This document shows, in pieces, positions 43,347 to 60,495 of a DNA stretch of 64,000 nt; the stretch's first letter is position 1; the number at the start of each line of letters is the position of its first letter. The translations under genes and the position numbers were made by a program. Location: assembly GCF_009914755.1 (NCBI RefSeq), contig NC_060927.1. One strand, 5' to 3'. Below the pieces are notes generated by a model. It ran no database searches. It was not told the origin of the DNA and saw only the letters and a program-made list of their open reading frames with translations. This DNA is from the human T2T-CHM13v2.0 reference genome, Homo sapiens.

Positions 43347-45896
43347 TATTGTTTTAAAGAAGCTCACCCCACTGTGTATATAGCACTAGACACATGATTA
43401 ATCTTGAACCTCTTAAGTTGCTCTCCCTAAACCGTTCTAAAGGAATCATGTCAGTAACCACTACTAATTTTACTGCTGAACTGTTTCTGGATGTTATTTG
43501 AGACTAAATGACTTAATTTTGAGGAAATGTTCACAAGACATAAATGCAAGCAAAAAAAAAAAAAATGGTCAGGTTAGAAATTAGAAATGTGTCCATGAGG
43601 AGATCCCTAATGGAAGATTTAATTTTGTATATGCTTTCCTCTCCTCAGAAGGAGAAATGCAATGTAACTGATGTGAATATTTCCCTTTAAACTTCTTTAT
43701 TTTCCTTTATACTCAAATTTCATTTTTATCTACATCAATTCTGATCTAAGGAGTAGCAAACAGATTATGCCCCTCAGAAATGTATTTGGTTCACATTTCT
43801 CGAATCTGAACTCTCATCTGCTTCTAGTCATAGCTATAGTAACTGAGAACTAGACCAGTCATAACAGCAGACAAAAGTTAATAGCTGTCTTTGCATATTT
43901 GGGTGCTGCACCAAGCTGATTTTCATTTTGAGAACGTGGATTTCGTCCTTTAATCAGACCTTTAATGGATTTGGTCTGATTTTGGCATATCTTGGCCTCA
44001 ACGGTCATTATGGTAAAACTTGAGAGATTTTTATTAGCCAATATACACACTGTTTTTCCCTAGTATAAACAGCTCTTTCATAAAAAAAAAATCTCTAATT
44101 TTTAAAATATTATCTTATTCATGGTAGGTAGAGTGCCTTCCTTTATTTTTCCCAGCCTTGCAGCCCATTTCAAAGTCCTCATGCCCAAGGGATATTCTAC
44201 CTGGGAACCTGGATTGCTAAACTATCAACTCTTTCTTCTCCAGGAAGAGTTTCAGTATTTTTAGATACAGAGGATTGAGATAGAGTTCTTAAAAACAATT
44301 TATACCTCCTTCAGCCATCATTTATTTAGATACTTCAGAAAAAGTAATATATTTAGCTCTCTGCTGACCCTGCTGTATGCTCAGGATTTTGTAGCATTCT
44401 ATTGAAAACTTAAAAACTTAATATCATTTCTGTATAATGATATTTACAAACCAGTGTTGACTATGGAAAGTCCATGCTCATCTGCAAACATCAGATTACT
44501 AAGAGTGTCACGGCCATTGTCTCAAAATCACTTCATTCCAGCTTCAAAAGTTATAATATATTTACTATTCATATGTAGTATATGAGTCCTTAAATCATAA
44601 CTTCATGAGAATTCTCACCAGTTTGGAAAATTTTCAAAAATTACCAGTATAAATTGTTCCACAACACTGGGATATAAGAAATATGACTTAAAATAAGGAC
44701 AGTTTTGAAATCAAAGGAAATATTTCTAATCTTCCACTTCTTGACTAAAAGAACATAAAACGCTAGTTATTTGGGGGAATCCTTTCCCTTACTTTGTTTA
44801 AGAGAAGTTGTGTGGATTTAAAGGTGCCCCTTCTCCTAAAGGCCACACTGCTCTTTCTCCCTTCCATGGACTACAGGAAAAGGTGATCACCTATTGAGAA
44901 GCTGAGTTTAGGATTTCAAAATGGTACCTGCCTAATGGCAAAGGCGGCTATGGCCCAAGGCAGAGTTAAGAGTGAAGGGGAAGATTACTTGGTGTTGGGA
45001 GTAGAGACTGTAACTTAGGGAAGCAAAAATAGAGAGAGTTCATATGCCTGTAATTGTGGAAAATACCTGGAAGAAATTGAGTCCTGGGGTTTTGCTATAG
45101 CCATTTCTGTAACAGAATCAGCAAAATATAATCTAAAACTGCTCAAACCAATAGCATAAAAAAAAACCAGATTATCTTGAAGGGTATCACTCTTCACCCA
45201 AACTGCCAGCTAGAAACCTGGAAAAATCTCATCTCAATACCACCCAACAGGTTGAACTGATTTCCACGTTGTCAGCACTTTATGTATGATGCTCTAAAAG
45301 AGTAACAGTTTTTAAAAAATATAAATATTTACCCTCAAGTAAGAAAATACTTGAAAATTGTAAGTGATATTGTTCAAGGACACAATCACTACTGAGAGAT
45401 AAAAGTTTTATATTCCCTATTGGGCTGGTATGAACTCTTTAGCTAAGACCCCTAACTCCTGTTTATTAGAATCCTATCTTGTAGAACTGCCAGGAAATGT
45501 CTGCAGTATCACCCTCAGACTTTTAGGAACCTCAACAGTGAGGCACATATAAACAAACTTACACGGGTATACCAGAACTCTCTGTCTCAAGTATACTTTG
45601 TATTTTGGCATTATATGTTTCCAGGCATCTTATTTGAGGAGTGAAGATCCAGGCCAAAATTCCATATGTTCTTACCAGCCTGACCCTAGGCAATTATAAG
45701 ACTTTGCCTGCCAGGCCTCAGGGTGCAGCGAAGCTGACCTCCTTACACCAGATTTGTACATGGTCAGTACGTTGCAATTTTCTGAAGGGAATTGCAATTA
45801 AGGACTCATGTCCGCATGAGCCAGCCATGCTCAGATGCATATCCTACATTCCTGCATTCCTCAGGTGACTCTGTTTAGAGGCCTTTTATCAGGAGG

Positions 45897-46408
45897 TGTG
45901 ATGGTTTATATTGAGTGTCAACTTGATTGGATTGAAGGATGCAAAGTATTGTTCCTGGGCGTGTCTGTGAAGATGTTGCCAAGGGAGATTAACATATGAG
46001 TCAGTGGACTGGGAAAGGCAGACCTACCCTCAACTGGGTGGGCACAATCTAATCAGCTGTCAATGGGGCCAGAATAAAAGCAGGCAGAAGAAAGTGAAAA
46101 GACTAGACCAGTGTACTCTTCCAACCTACATCTTTCTCCCATGCTGGATGCTTCCTGCCTTTGAAAACTGGACTCCAACTTCTTCGGCTTTTGGACTCTT
46201 GGACCTTCACTCCTGGACTGAAGGCTGCACTGTCAGCTTCCCTACTTTTGAGGTTTTGGGACTCAGACTGGCTTCCTTGCTCCACAGTTTGTAGACGGTC
46301 CATTGTGAGACTTCACCTTGTGATTGTGTCAGTCAGTACTCCTTAACAAACTCCCCTTATATATACATCTATCCTATTAGTTCTGTCCATCCAGAGAACC
46401 CTAATACA
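45897..46408 (+). mobile_element. MLT2A (HERV-L) solo LTR
   Basis: Consensus ends; TSD ggagg at 45892-45896 and 46409-46413. Confidence 0.93.
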
Positions 46409-47429
46409 GGAGGCCTTAACTAAGACTTTTTTTCCAATTAGTACTTCACTCCTAACATTCTCCCCTCTTCTTTCTCCTAATCTTTGAGTCCATAGAACAA
46501 TCAAAGCCTTTTGTTCAGAGATCCTCAACATTGACAAGGTCTCCCACCTATGCTGATCCACCCAACCTTTACCTGTGCCATTCTGTAAAAACAAAATAGA
46601 GCATTAAAAAGCTTGTGCCTATTTTTGCCGCCTGCTAACACTACCTCAGCAACTGAAAAGAGACTTGATTGTCACATTCAGTTTGGCTTGTCCTACTTGA
46701 CCACCTAGACACCTGGAAGCTGGACAGTATGGTGAAGTACACCGGTCTTTTTCCCAGACACTGCTGAGGATTAACAAAGTAGCTGGGGAAAATTAATTGG
46801 GAGCAGGGTGTGGGAGAAGGGAATGTTCCCTCTCTTTATCCAGCTTGTGGTTAACATATCCAATCAAGTTTTAATCTATACCAAGTTTGGCCAACTGCCC
46901 ACAAGATAATTATTATAGGATGTATGAATTACACTTAGAAGATAAAAGATGTAAGTAGCATGTGTCTATACAAATACAAACTGCATATTCTTTTGGTGTA
47001 TATTGTCTTTCTTGAGAATTATCAGGCCACTCTCATTGAATATCTCTGTTGAAACTCAGCCAATTCTTCATATTGTGGTTTACAAGGTATGAGCAGCTAA
47101 AGGGATAGAATGCAGAGAATGTCCTCCAATTGGCACGAGTGAGCTAGAGCAATTTTTCCTTCAGTGTTGTGGATGACACTCTTAAGCTGAAGCTGACAGA
47201 TGGAACCCAGAGAAAGGTATTGGGAAAGAAACAGGAGAGATAAGCACATTCTTCAGGGTTCCTGTGTATTAGATAAAAAAAAAGCATATAGTTGGCTACC
47301 CAGAGGCCCCCTGCAGTTCTGCAAGTCATCGTATTCATCTGCAGAAGACATTTTAACAACCTGGATTCTCAAAGACGACTCATATTGTCAGGAAAGGTGT
47401 GCACTTTCCAAGTCCAGGGCATTATTCCA

Positions 47430-47595
47430 ATAGACATTTCCCAAATTTAATAAGCATACATAAACAAATCACCTGAGACCTTATTCCAATGCAGATTCTG
47501 ATTCAGTAGATAGGAGACGAAACTTTATATTTCTAAGAAGCTCTCAGAAGTGATGTCACTGCTGCTGGTTTGTGGACCATACTTTGAGTAAGAAG
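47430..47595. mobile_element. MER5-type hAT fossil
   Basis: 'aatcacctg...aatgcagattctgattcagtag...ggaccatactttgagta'. Confidence 0.7.
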
Positions 47596-48229
47596 TTAAT
47601 AGCGTATAATGAAAAGGCACCCTGTGGACTTGTGCGCTGTACAACCTGCAAAAATATTTACAGTGGCCCAGCCATCTGTACTCGAGGAACTGGAAACCAT
47701 GTGACTTCTTATATTTTTCATAAGTTTCTTTTAATCATCAAAGGAAACAAACAAACAAAAACCCCAAAACCAAAATTTCTCTCACTCACACAATACATTC
47801 TTCTGGCCGCTGACCCCTTTCCAAAAAACAGCTCTTTGCTAGCCTAAATTACTATTTTTACTCAATGGAGAAATAAAGAGAGTTTTTTTTCCCCTTAATT
47901 GTATGTGATAGTGAAACCATTTTCTCTTTGCACTGGAGTTCGGTTCTACCATTTACTTAATTGATGTAGTTCATCAAAAGGATTAGTTATTCACCATCAC
48001 TGAAATAGGGTCAGGTAACTCTGCTCTGAATAAACATTCTATTATTTTGAAGATTATTCAGTGTTTTTCACTCTGTTCTCTATGGACAATAGGAATCAGA
48101 CGTATTTCCTTGAACTGAAAAGATTCCAGGGTCCAATTCTAACTGCTTCATATGAAGTAAAGCCTCTCATCAGTATACATGTCCAGAGGATTATAGCTCA
48201 CATTCTCAATAGGAGACCAAGTTACTTGT

Positions 48230-48602
48230 TGTCTTGCTTAGTGTGTTTTGTGCTGCTGTAACAAAATACCATAAACTGGGTAGCTTGTAAACAAAATAAT
48301 TTTTTTCTCACAGTTCTGAAGGCTGGGCAGTCCAAAATCAAGGCAGACTTTGTGTCTGGTGAAAGAATACTTTCTGACTTATAGACAGCGCCATTCTGCT
48401 GTCTTGTCACACAATAGAAAGAGTAAGGGGTCTCTCTCAGGCCTCATTTATAAGAGCACTCATAAATCCCATTTATGAAGGGATCTACTCTACCCTCAAC
48501 CCAATTTCCTCCCAAAGGCCCCACCTTTTATTACCATCATCTTGGGGGTGAGTATTTCAACATACGAATTTTGAAGGAATACAAACTTTCAGACTATAAG
48601 CA
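48230..48602 (-). mobile_element. MaLR solo LTR (MLT1A/MSTD-like)
   Basis: 'tgctgtaacaaaataccataaactggg', 'ttcaacatacgaattttg...ttcagactataagca'. Confidence 0.85.
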
Positions 48603-48814
48603 TTCACTTTATGACATGGCATTACACATATAATATTAAGGCTTGCTTCAAGTCTTCTGGTGGCTACCTACACAGCTCTTCATTCTTGCCTGGCATGAAG
48701 CATAGCTTTTAGTGTTCAGCTTTAATTATCCACAGCTGACAGTCATGGAAAGTGCAAGACATAAAATAGCTCCAAAGCTAGAGAGAATCTAATTTACATG
48801 AGTCATAGAGCAGA

Positions 48815-50369
48815 GATGCTTTCAGCTATAATGGAGTAAGAAGAATCATATGTATTCTCTAGTATTACACAATTAAAAACATGGACTATATATGTAAAAA
48901 TGATTTGCATATAGTAGACAATAGGAGGCGCAAGTCAGTCATCCTGGAAGGAAGAAAACCAAGCAACATGAGCCCTGGGATTGCCCAGTAGTAGCAATAG
49001 AGTTGAGCATCTGAAGAGGCCAAACATAAAACATTTAAAAAGCAAAGAAGAGAAGAGAAGATAGCTGCACAGAGAGAACCTTGCACAGAGAGAACTCTGG
49101 AGATGTGGAACAGATTCTCCTTGTATTACCAGCTGAGTACTGATCAGCAAATTCTTTCAGGGAAAACATATCAGGCTGGAGAAAAAAAGGAGGCAGAATA
49201 ACTATCAAGACTCGTATAGTATTGGCAATAGATTACATTTCCTAGAGCAAAAGACAGCAAGGAGCCTCAGGTGAAGTATTCAGGAAGTTACTGCCTCTGA
49301 AGTTGGACCAAATTAGTCTAAAGGTAACCTTAGTCCTGCCTAAAACAGCTTCTAAATGAACCTCAGAAGAATCAAACTATATTCAAGTAATTTGACTCTC
49401 TCTTACAACAAAGATGAAAAATATTTAAAGGACTACAGAGAAAAATCTATCATAAAAATTAATAATTTTCAAATAATTATCATTCATTTAAAGAATCAGA
49501 AGTGCCTAACTCATATGACAAATTCAATCAATAGAAACGTGCTAAGAAATGATGTATATGATAAAATTACTGGACAAAGACACTAAAACAGCTACTGTAA
49601 ACATACAGCTTGTATCCAAAAAGTTAAAAGAAAGGCATGAATATATTAATGGGAGATGTGGAAGATAGAAAAAATAGGCAAATCAAATTTGTAGAGATGG
49701 AAATTACGAAATATCAGATGACAAATACAAAGTCTTAGATGACAAATACACTGGATGGTATCAAGACCAGAAGAAATACTATTGTACAAAATGTTAGTGA
49801 CATTTAAGACACAGAAATAAAATCTCTTTAATAGAACACAGAGAAAAAAATTCTGAAAAATAATGAAAAATATATCAGTGAGCTACGGGACAAATTCAGT
49901 CAGTGAAATACGTTTGATTTAAAGTACTAAGGAGGGGAGAAGAGAAAGAAATTATTGAAAAAAAGATTTAAAAATTTACAAATTTTATAAAATGTTAAAC
50001 TTACCTTTCCAATAATATTATAAAACTTAAACAGAAAAAAAACATTAAAAACGACTCTAAGACATTTAATAATCAAATCCTTTAAACCAGTGTTGAAGAC
50101 AAAAATCTGAAAAGCAGCTGGAGCAAACCAATCAACAACAACAACAACAACAAAAAAAAAACAACAAAAGCCACATTCTATACAAAAGAAAAAAAATAGA
50201 TCATTATGTTAGCAGACTTCTTATTGAAAACAATGTCAGAAATAAAATTAGAGAAATAGCTTTAAAATAAAAAAAAAATACTGGATGAACAATTCAAAGC
50301 TTATGGAATAAGAAAAAACTTCAAATTTTCCATACAGAAAAACTATCTTTCAAAAATAAAAGTTAAGTA
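48815..50369 (+). mobile_element. Old L1 (L1MC/MD-like) 5'UTR + ORF1 (host element, 5' part)
   Basis: 'atcagtgagctacgggacaa', 'aagacatttaataatcaaa', 'aactatctttcaaaaataaa'. Confidence 0.75.
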
Positions 50370-53300
50370 AGGACCCAGTCCTGGCAGCATTCATCACCTG
50401 CTAACTGAAGGGCCCTTGGACCCAGAATAACAAGCAGTGATACCCAGGTAGTACACTGAGGGCCTTGGGTGAGCCTCTGAGACTTGCTGGCTTTAGGTGA
50501 GACTCAGCACATTATCAGTTGTGGTGGATATGGGGCAAAACTCCTTCTGCTTAAGAAAAACAGAGGGAAAAGTAAAAGGGGACTTTATCTTGCACTTAAG
50601 ATACCAGCAGGGTTACATGGCAGTAGAGCACCAAATGGGCTGTTGGGGTCCCCAGTTATAGAGCTGTACTCTTAGACAGCATTTCTGAACCTGCCTGGGT
50701 GAGAAGGGAGCCCACTGCCCTGAAGGGTGAATCCCAGATCAGACAGCATTCACCACAGCTGTCTTAAGAGCCACTGGGCCTTAAGGAAACATTGGCAGTA
50801 GTCTGGCAGTATTTCCTGTGGCCAGAAGTGGTGGCAGATATGGGGTGAGGCTCTTTTGCCTTTGGAAAAGGGAGGGAAGAGTGTGAAGGACTGTATCTTG
50901 TGGTTTTAGTGCCAGCTCAGCCACAGTACAATAAAACACCAGGCAGGCTTATAAGTTTTTTGACTCTAGTCCCTGACTCCCTGACAGCACCTCTGGACAC
51001 ATCTGGCATGTGGGGGACCTTGCTACCTTGAAGTGAAGGATGCAGACTTAGCTGGCTTTGCCACTTGTTGATTAGAGAGTCCAAAGGCCTTGAGAGAACA
51101 TAGGCAGTATCCAGGGAGTGGTTAAAGCAGGCCTTGGGTAGGATCCAGTGCTATGCTAGCTTCAGGTCTGACCCAGCACAGTTGTAATGGTTAATACTGA
51201 GTGCCACCTTGATTGGATTGAAGAATGCAAAGTATCGTTCCTTGTTGGGTCTATGAGGATGTTGCCAGAGGAGATTAACATTAAAGGCAGTGGAGTGGGA
51301 GAGGAAGCCCATCTAATCAGCAGCTAGCACAACTAGCATAAAGCAGGCAGAAGTTGGAAGGACTTGGCTTGTTGAGTCTTCTAGCCTTCATCTTTCTTCT
51401 GTGCTGGATGCTTCCTGCCCTGGAACATTAAACTCCAAGTTCTTCAGCTTTTGGACTCTTGGAGTTACACCAGTGATTTGCCAGGGGGTTGGGCCTTTGG
51501 CCACAGACTGTTGGCTTCCCTACTTTTGAGGTTTGGGGACTCAGACTGGCTTCCTGGCTCCTCAGCTTGCAGATAGCCTTCACCTAGTGATTGTGTGAGT
51601 CAAAACTCCTTAATAAATTCCCTTCATATATACATCTATCCTACTAGTTCTGTCCCTTTAGGGAACCCTGACTAATGCAACAGTCATAGTGGTTTTGGCC
51701 ACAGGGGTGCTTGTGGACACACCCACCTTTAAGTGGCTCATGTTTGGAAGAAACAAACAGAGAAGGGAAGAGAATAAGAGTCTCTATCTGACAATCCAGA
51801 TAATTCTTCTGGATTTTATTCAAGACAATCAAGGCAGTACCTCTATGAGTTTGCAAGAACCATAGCATTACTGGATTTGGGGTGGTCACTGAAAGCAGAC
51901 AGAACTTAGATCACAAGGACCAAAGTCGTTTCAAATATCAGGAAAGCCTTCCTAAGAAGGATGGGTACAAACAAGCCCAGAGAGTGAAGACTACAATAAA
52001 TAACAATCTTTTCAATGCCCAGACACTGAAGAACATGTACTGGTATCAGCATCATCCACAACAACATGACCTCATTAAATGAAAAGCATCAAGAACTAAT
52101 TCTGGAGAAACAGAGATATATAGCCTTACCGACAAAGAATTCAAAATAGTTGTGCTGAGGAAACTCCAAGAGATTCAAAATAACACGAGAAGGAATTCAG
52201 AATTCTATCATATAAATTTAGCAAAGAGATAAAAATAATTAAAAAGAATCAAGCAGAAATTCTGGAGCTGAAAAATGTAATTGACACACTGAAGAATACA
52301 TCAGAGTCCTTTAATAGCAGAATTGATCAAGCAGAAGAAAAAATTAGCTTGAGAACAGGCTATTTAAAAATACACAGAAGAGACAAAGAAAAGGAGTGAA
52401 ACATCATGAAGCACACCTGCAGCATCTAGAAAATAGCCCTAAAAAGGCAAATCCAAGGGTTATTGGCTTAAAGAGGAGGTAGAGAAAGAAATAGAGGTAG
52501 GAAGTTTATTCAAAGGGATAATAACAGTGACCTTTCCAAACCTATAGAAAGATATCAATATCCAAATATAAGAAGGTTATCAAACACTAAGCAGATTTAA
52601 CCCAAAGAAGATTACCTCAAGGCATTTAGTAACCAAACTCCTAAAGAGCAGGGATAGGGAAAGAATCCTAAAAACAGCAAGAGAAAAGAAAAAAATAACA
52701 TATAATGAAGCTTCAATACATCTGGCAGCACTTTTCAATGGAAGTTTTGCAGCCCAGGAGAGAGTGTCATGACATATTTAAAGTGCTGAAGGGAAAAAAA
52801 TAAATAAACTTTACCCTAAAATAGTATATCCAGCAACAATATCCTTCAAACATGAAGGAGAAATAAAGACTCCCAGACAAACAAAAGCTGTGGGATTTCA
52901 TTAACACCAGACCTGTTCTACAAGCAACACTAAAGAGAGTATTTTAATCAGAAAGAAAAGGAAATTAATGAGCCATAAGTAGTTACCTGAAGGTATAAAA
53001 CTCACTGGTAATAGTAAGTACACAAAGAAACACAGACTATTATAACACTGTGGCTGTGGTGTGTAAACTACTCTTACCTTAATTAGAAAGACTAAACAAT
53101 AAATACATCAAAAATAATAACTGTAAGAACTTTTAAAGACACAGTCAGTACAATAAGATATGCATAGAAACCACAAAACATTAAAAAGTAAGGGGATGAA
53201 GTTAAGGCATAAGAGTTTGTATTAATTTTCATTTTGCTTGTTTGTTTATGCAAATAGTGTTAAGCTGTCATCAGGTTAAAATAATGGATTATATGACAGT

Positions 53301-56300
53301 ATTTGCAAGACTCATGTCAACCACAAGCCAAAAAACATACCATGGAGACACAAAAAATAAAAAGCAAGAAACTAAATCATACCACCAGAGAAAATCACCT
53401 TTGCCAAAGGAAAACAGAAAGGAAAGGAGACCAAAAAAAAAAAAAAGCCCCAGAAAAAAAATTAACAAAATGACAAGAGTAAGTCCTTACTTATCAATAA
53501 TTACACTGAATGTAAATAGACTAAATAACAATCAAAATACATAGACTGGCTGAATAGATGAAAAAAAAAGACTTATTTATCTGCTGCCTAAAAGAAACAC
53601 CCTTCACCTATAAATATACACATAGACCAAGAATAAAAGATTGAAAAAAGATATTCAATGTCAATGAGAAACAAAAAAGAATGTGAGTAGCTATATTTAT
53701 ATCAGACAATATAGATTTCAAGACTGAAATTATAAGAACAGACAAAGACGGTCACTATATAATGATAAATGGGTCAGTTCAGCAAGAGGATATAGCTATT
53801 GTAAATATATATGCACTCAACCTGAGCACTCAGATATATAAAGCAAATATTACTAGAGCTGAAGAGAGAGATAGGTCCCAATGCAACAATAGCTGGAAAC
53901 TTCAACACTCCACTTTCAGCACTGTACAGATATTCCAGACAGAAAATCAACAAACGAACATTAGACTTAATCTGCACTATAGACCAAATGGATCTAATAG
54001 ATATTTACAGGACATTTCATCCAAGAGCTGCAGAATACACATTCTTTTACTTTGCACATGGTTCATTCTGAAGGATAGGCTATATGTTAGGTCACAAAAT
54101 GTATCTTAAAGCAATAAAAAAAATTGAAATAATATCAAGCATCTTCTCTGACCACAATGGAATAAAACTAAAAATTAATAACAGGAGGAATATTGGCAAA
54201 TATGCAAATACATGGAAATTAAACAATATGCTCCTAATGACCAGTGGGTCAATGAGAAAATTAAGAAGGAAATTAAAAAATTTCTGGAAACCAATGATCA
54301 TGGGATACATGCTGTAAAACCTATGGGATACAGTAAAGGAAGTACAAAGAGAGACGATTATAGTGATAAGTGCATACATCAAAAAAAAAAGGAAAAACTT
54401 CAAATAAACAGTCTAACATTGCATCTTAAGAAACTAGAAAAGCAAGAGAAAATCAAATCCAAAATTAGTAGAAAAAAAGAAATAATAAAGATCAGAGCAG
54501 AAATAAATTTCAGTGAAAAAAATACAAAAGATCAATGAAACAAAAACTTGGTTTTCTGAAAAGTTTAACAAAATTGACAAATCTTAATCCAGACTAAGAA
54601 AAATAAGAGAAGATACAAATAAATAAAATCAGAAATAAAAAAGGTGACTTACAACTGATACTGCAGAAATTAAAAGGATTATTAGTAGGTACTATAAGCA
54701 ACCATATGCCAATAAATTGGAAAATCTAGAAGAAATGGACAAATTCCTAGACACATACAACCTGCCATGTTAAACAAGGAGAAATCCAAAACCTGAGCAG
54801 AACAATAACAAGTAACAAGATTGAAAACGTAATAAAAACTCTCCCAGTAAAGAAAAATGCAGGTCCCAATGGCTTCACTGTTGACTTCTACGAAGCATTT
54901 AAAGAACTAATACCAATCCCACTCAAACTATTTTAAAAAACAAGCGAATAGGGAATACTTTCCACCTCATTCTATGAGGCCAGTATTACCTGATACCAAA
55001 ACCAGACAAAGACACATCTACAAAAGAAAACTACAGGACAGTATTTCTGATGAATATTGATGCAAAAATACTCAACAAAATACTAGCAAACTGAAATCAA
55101 CAATACATTAGAAATTTTATCCATCATGAGCAAGTGAGATTTATCCCTGGGATGCAAGGATGGCTCAACATAGGCAAATGTGATACATCATATCAACAGA
55201 ATGAAGGATAAAATTCAATGTTCATTTCAACTGATGCTGAAAAAGCATTTGATAAAATTCAACATTCCCACTTGATAAAGACCCTCAAAAACTGGGGAGA
55301 AAATGAACATACTTCAAATAATAAAAACTATATACAACAGACCCACAGCTAGTATCACAGTGAATAGGGAAAAACTGAAAGCCTTTCCTCTAAGATCTGG
55401 AACATGGCAAGGATGGTCATTGTCACCACTGTTATTCAACATAGCATTGGAAGTCCTAGCTAGAGCAATCAGATAAAAGAAAGATATAAAAGACACCCAA
55501 ATTGGAAAGGAAAAGGTCAAATTATCCTTGTTTGCAGATGATATGATCTTACACCTGGAAAAACCTGGAGACTCCAAAAGAGAACTATTATGATTGACAA
55601 ACAAATAAAATTTCAAGATACAAAATCAACATACAAAAATCAGTAGCATTTCTATATGCCAACAGTGAACAATGTGAAAAAGAAATTTAAAAAGTAATCC
55701 TATTTACAATATCCACACATAAAATTAAATACCTAGGAGTTAGCTGAAGAAGTGAAAGATCTCTGTAATGAGAACTATAAAATACTGATAAAAGAAATTG
55801 AGAAGAACACAAAAAAAAGAAAAATATTCCACATTCATGGGAATCAGTATTGTCAAATGTTTATATTACCCAAAGCAACCTACAGATTCAATGCTATCAC
55901 TATCAAAATACCAATGACATTCCTTGCAAAAATAGAAAAAACAATTCTAAAATTTATATGGAACCACACCTCCCCAACACACACACAGAATAGCCAAAGT
56001 TAACTTGAGAAAAAAGAATGAAACTGGAGGAATCACATTACCTGACTTCAAATTATGCTATAATGCTATAGTAACCAAAGCAGCATGATACTGGCATTAA
56101 AAAAAAAAAAAAAAAAAGATATATAGACCAATGGAACAGAATAGGGAACTCAGAAACAAATCCAAACACGTACAGTGAACTCATTTTTGACAAAGGTGCC
56201 AAGGACATACACTGGGGAAAATGTCATCTCTGCAACAAATAGTGGTGGGAAACTGGATATCCATACACAGAAAAATGAAACTAGACCCCTATCTCTCATC

Positions 56301-56429
56301 ATATACAAAATCAAATCAATATGGATTAGAGACTTTAATCTAAGGCCTCAAACTATGAAATTACTACAAGAAAACATTGGGGAAAATCTCCAGGACATAG
56401 GTGTGTGCAAAAATTTCTTGAGCAATACC
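50370..56429 (+). mobile_element. Younger L1 (L1MA/L1PB-type): partial 5'UTR, ORF1 and ORF2, no 3' end
   Basis: ORF2 start ATG at 53470 (MTRVSPYLSIITLNVN); RT motif ttt gca gat gat (FADD) at 55531-55542; many stops and frameshifts. Confidence 0.93.
51183..51679 (+). mobile_element. MLT2A (HERV-L) solo LTR inside the L1 5'UTR
   Basis: Consensus ends; TSD acagt at 51178-51182 and 51680-51684. Confidence 0.93.

Positions 56430-60495
<4,066 letters not shown>

Noticed and set aside
46641-46648. CTACCTCA let-7 seed match
   Set aside because: A single 8-mer is expected by chance in 64 kb, and there is no 3'UTR context
53470-56429. L1 ORF2 as a functional reverse transcriptase
   Set aside because: Broken into short ORFs by stops and frameshifts, and lacks the 3' end
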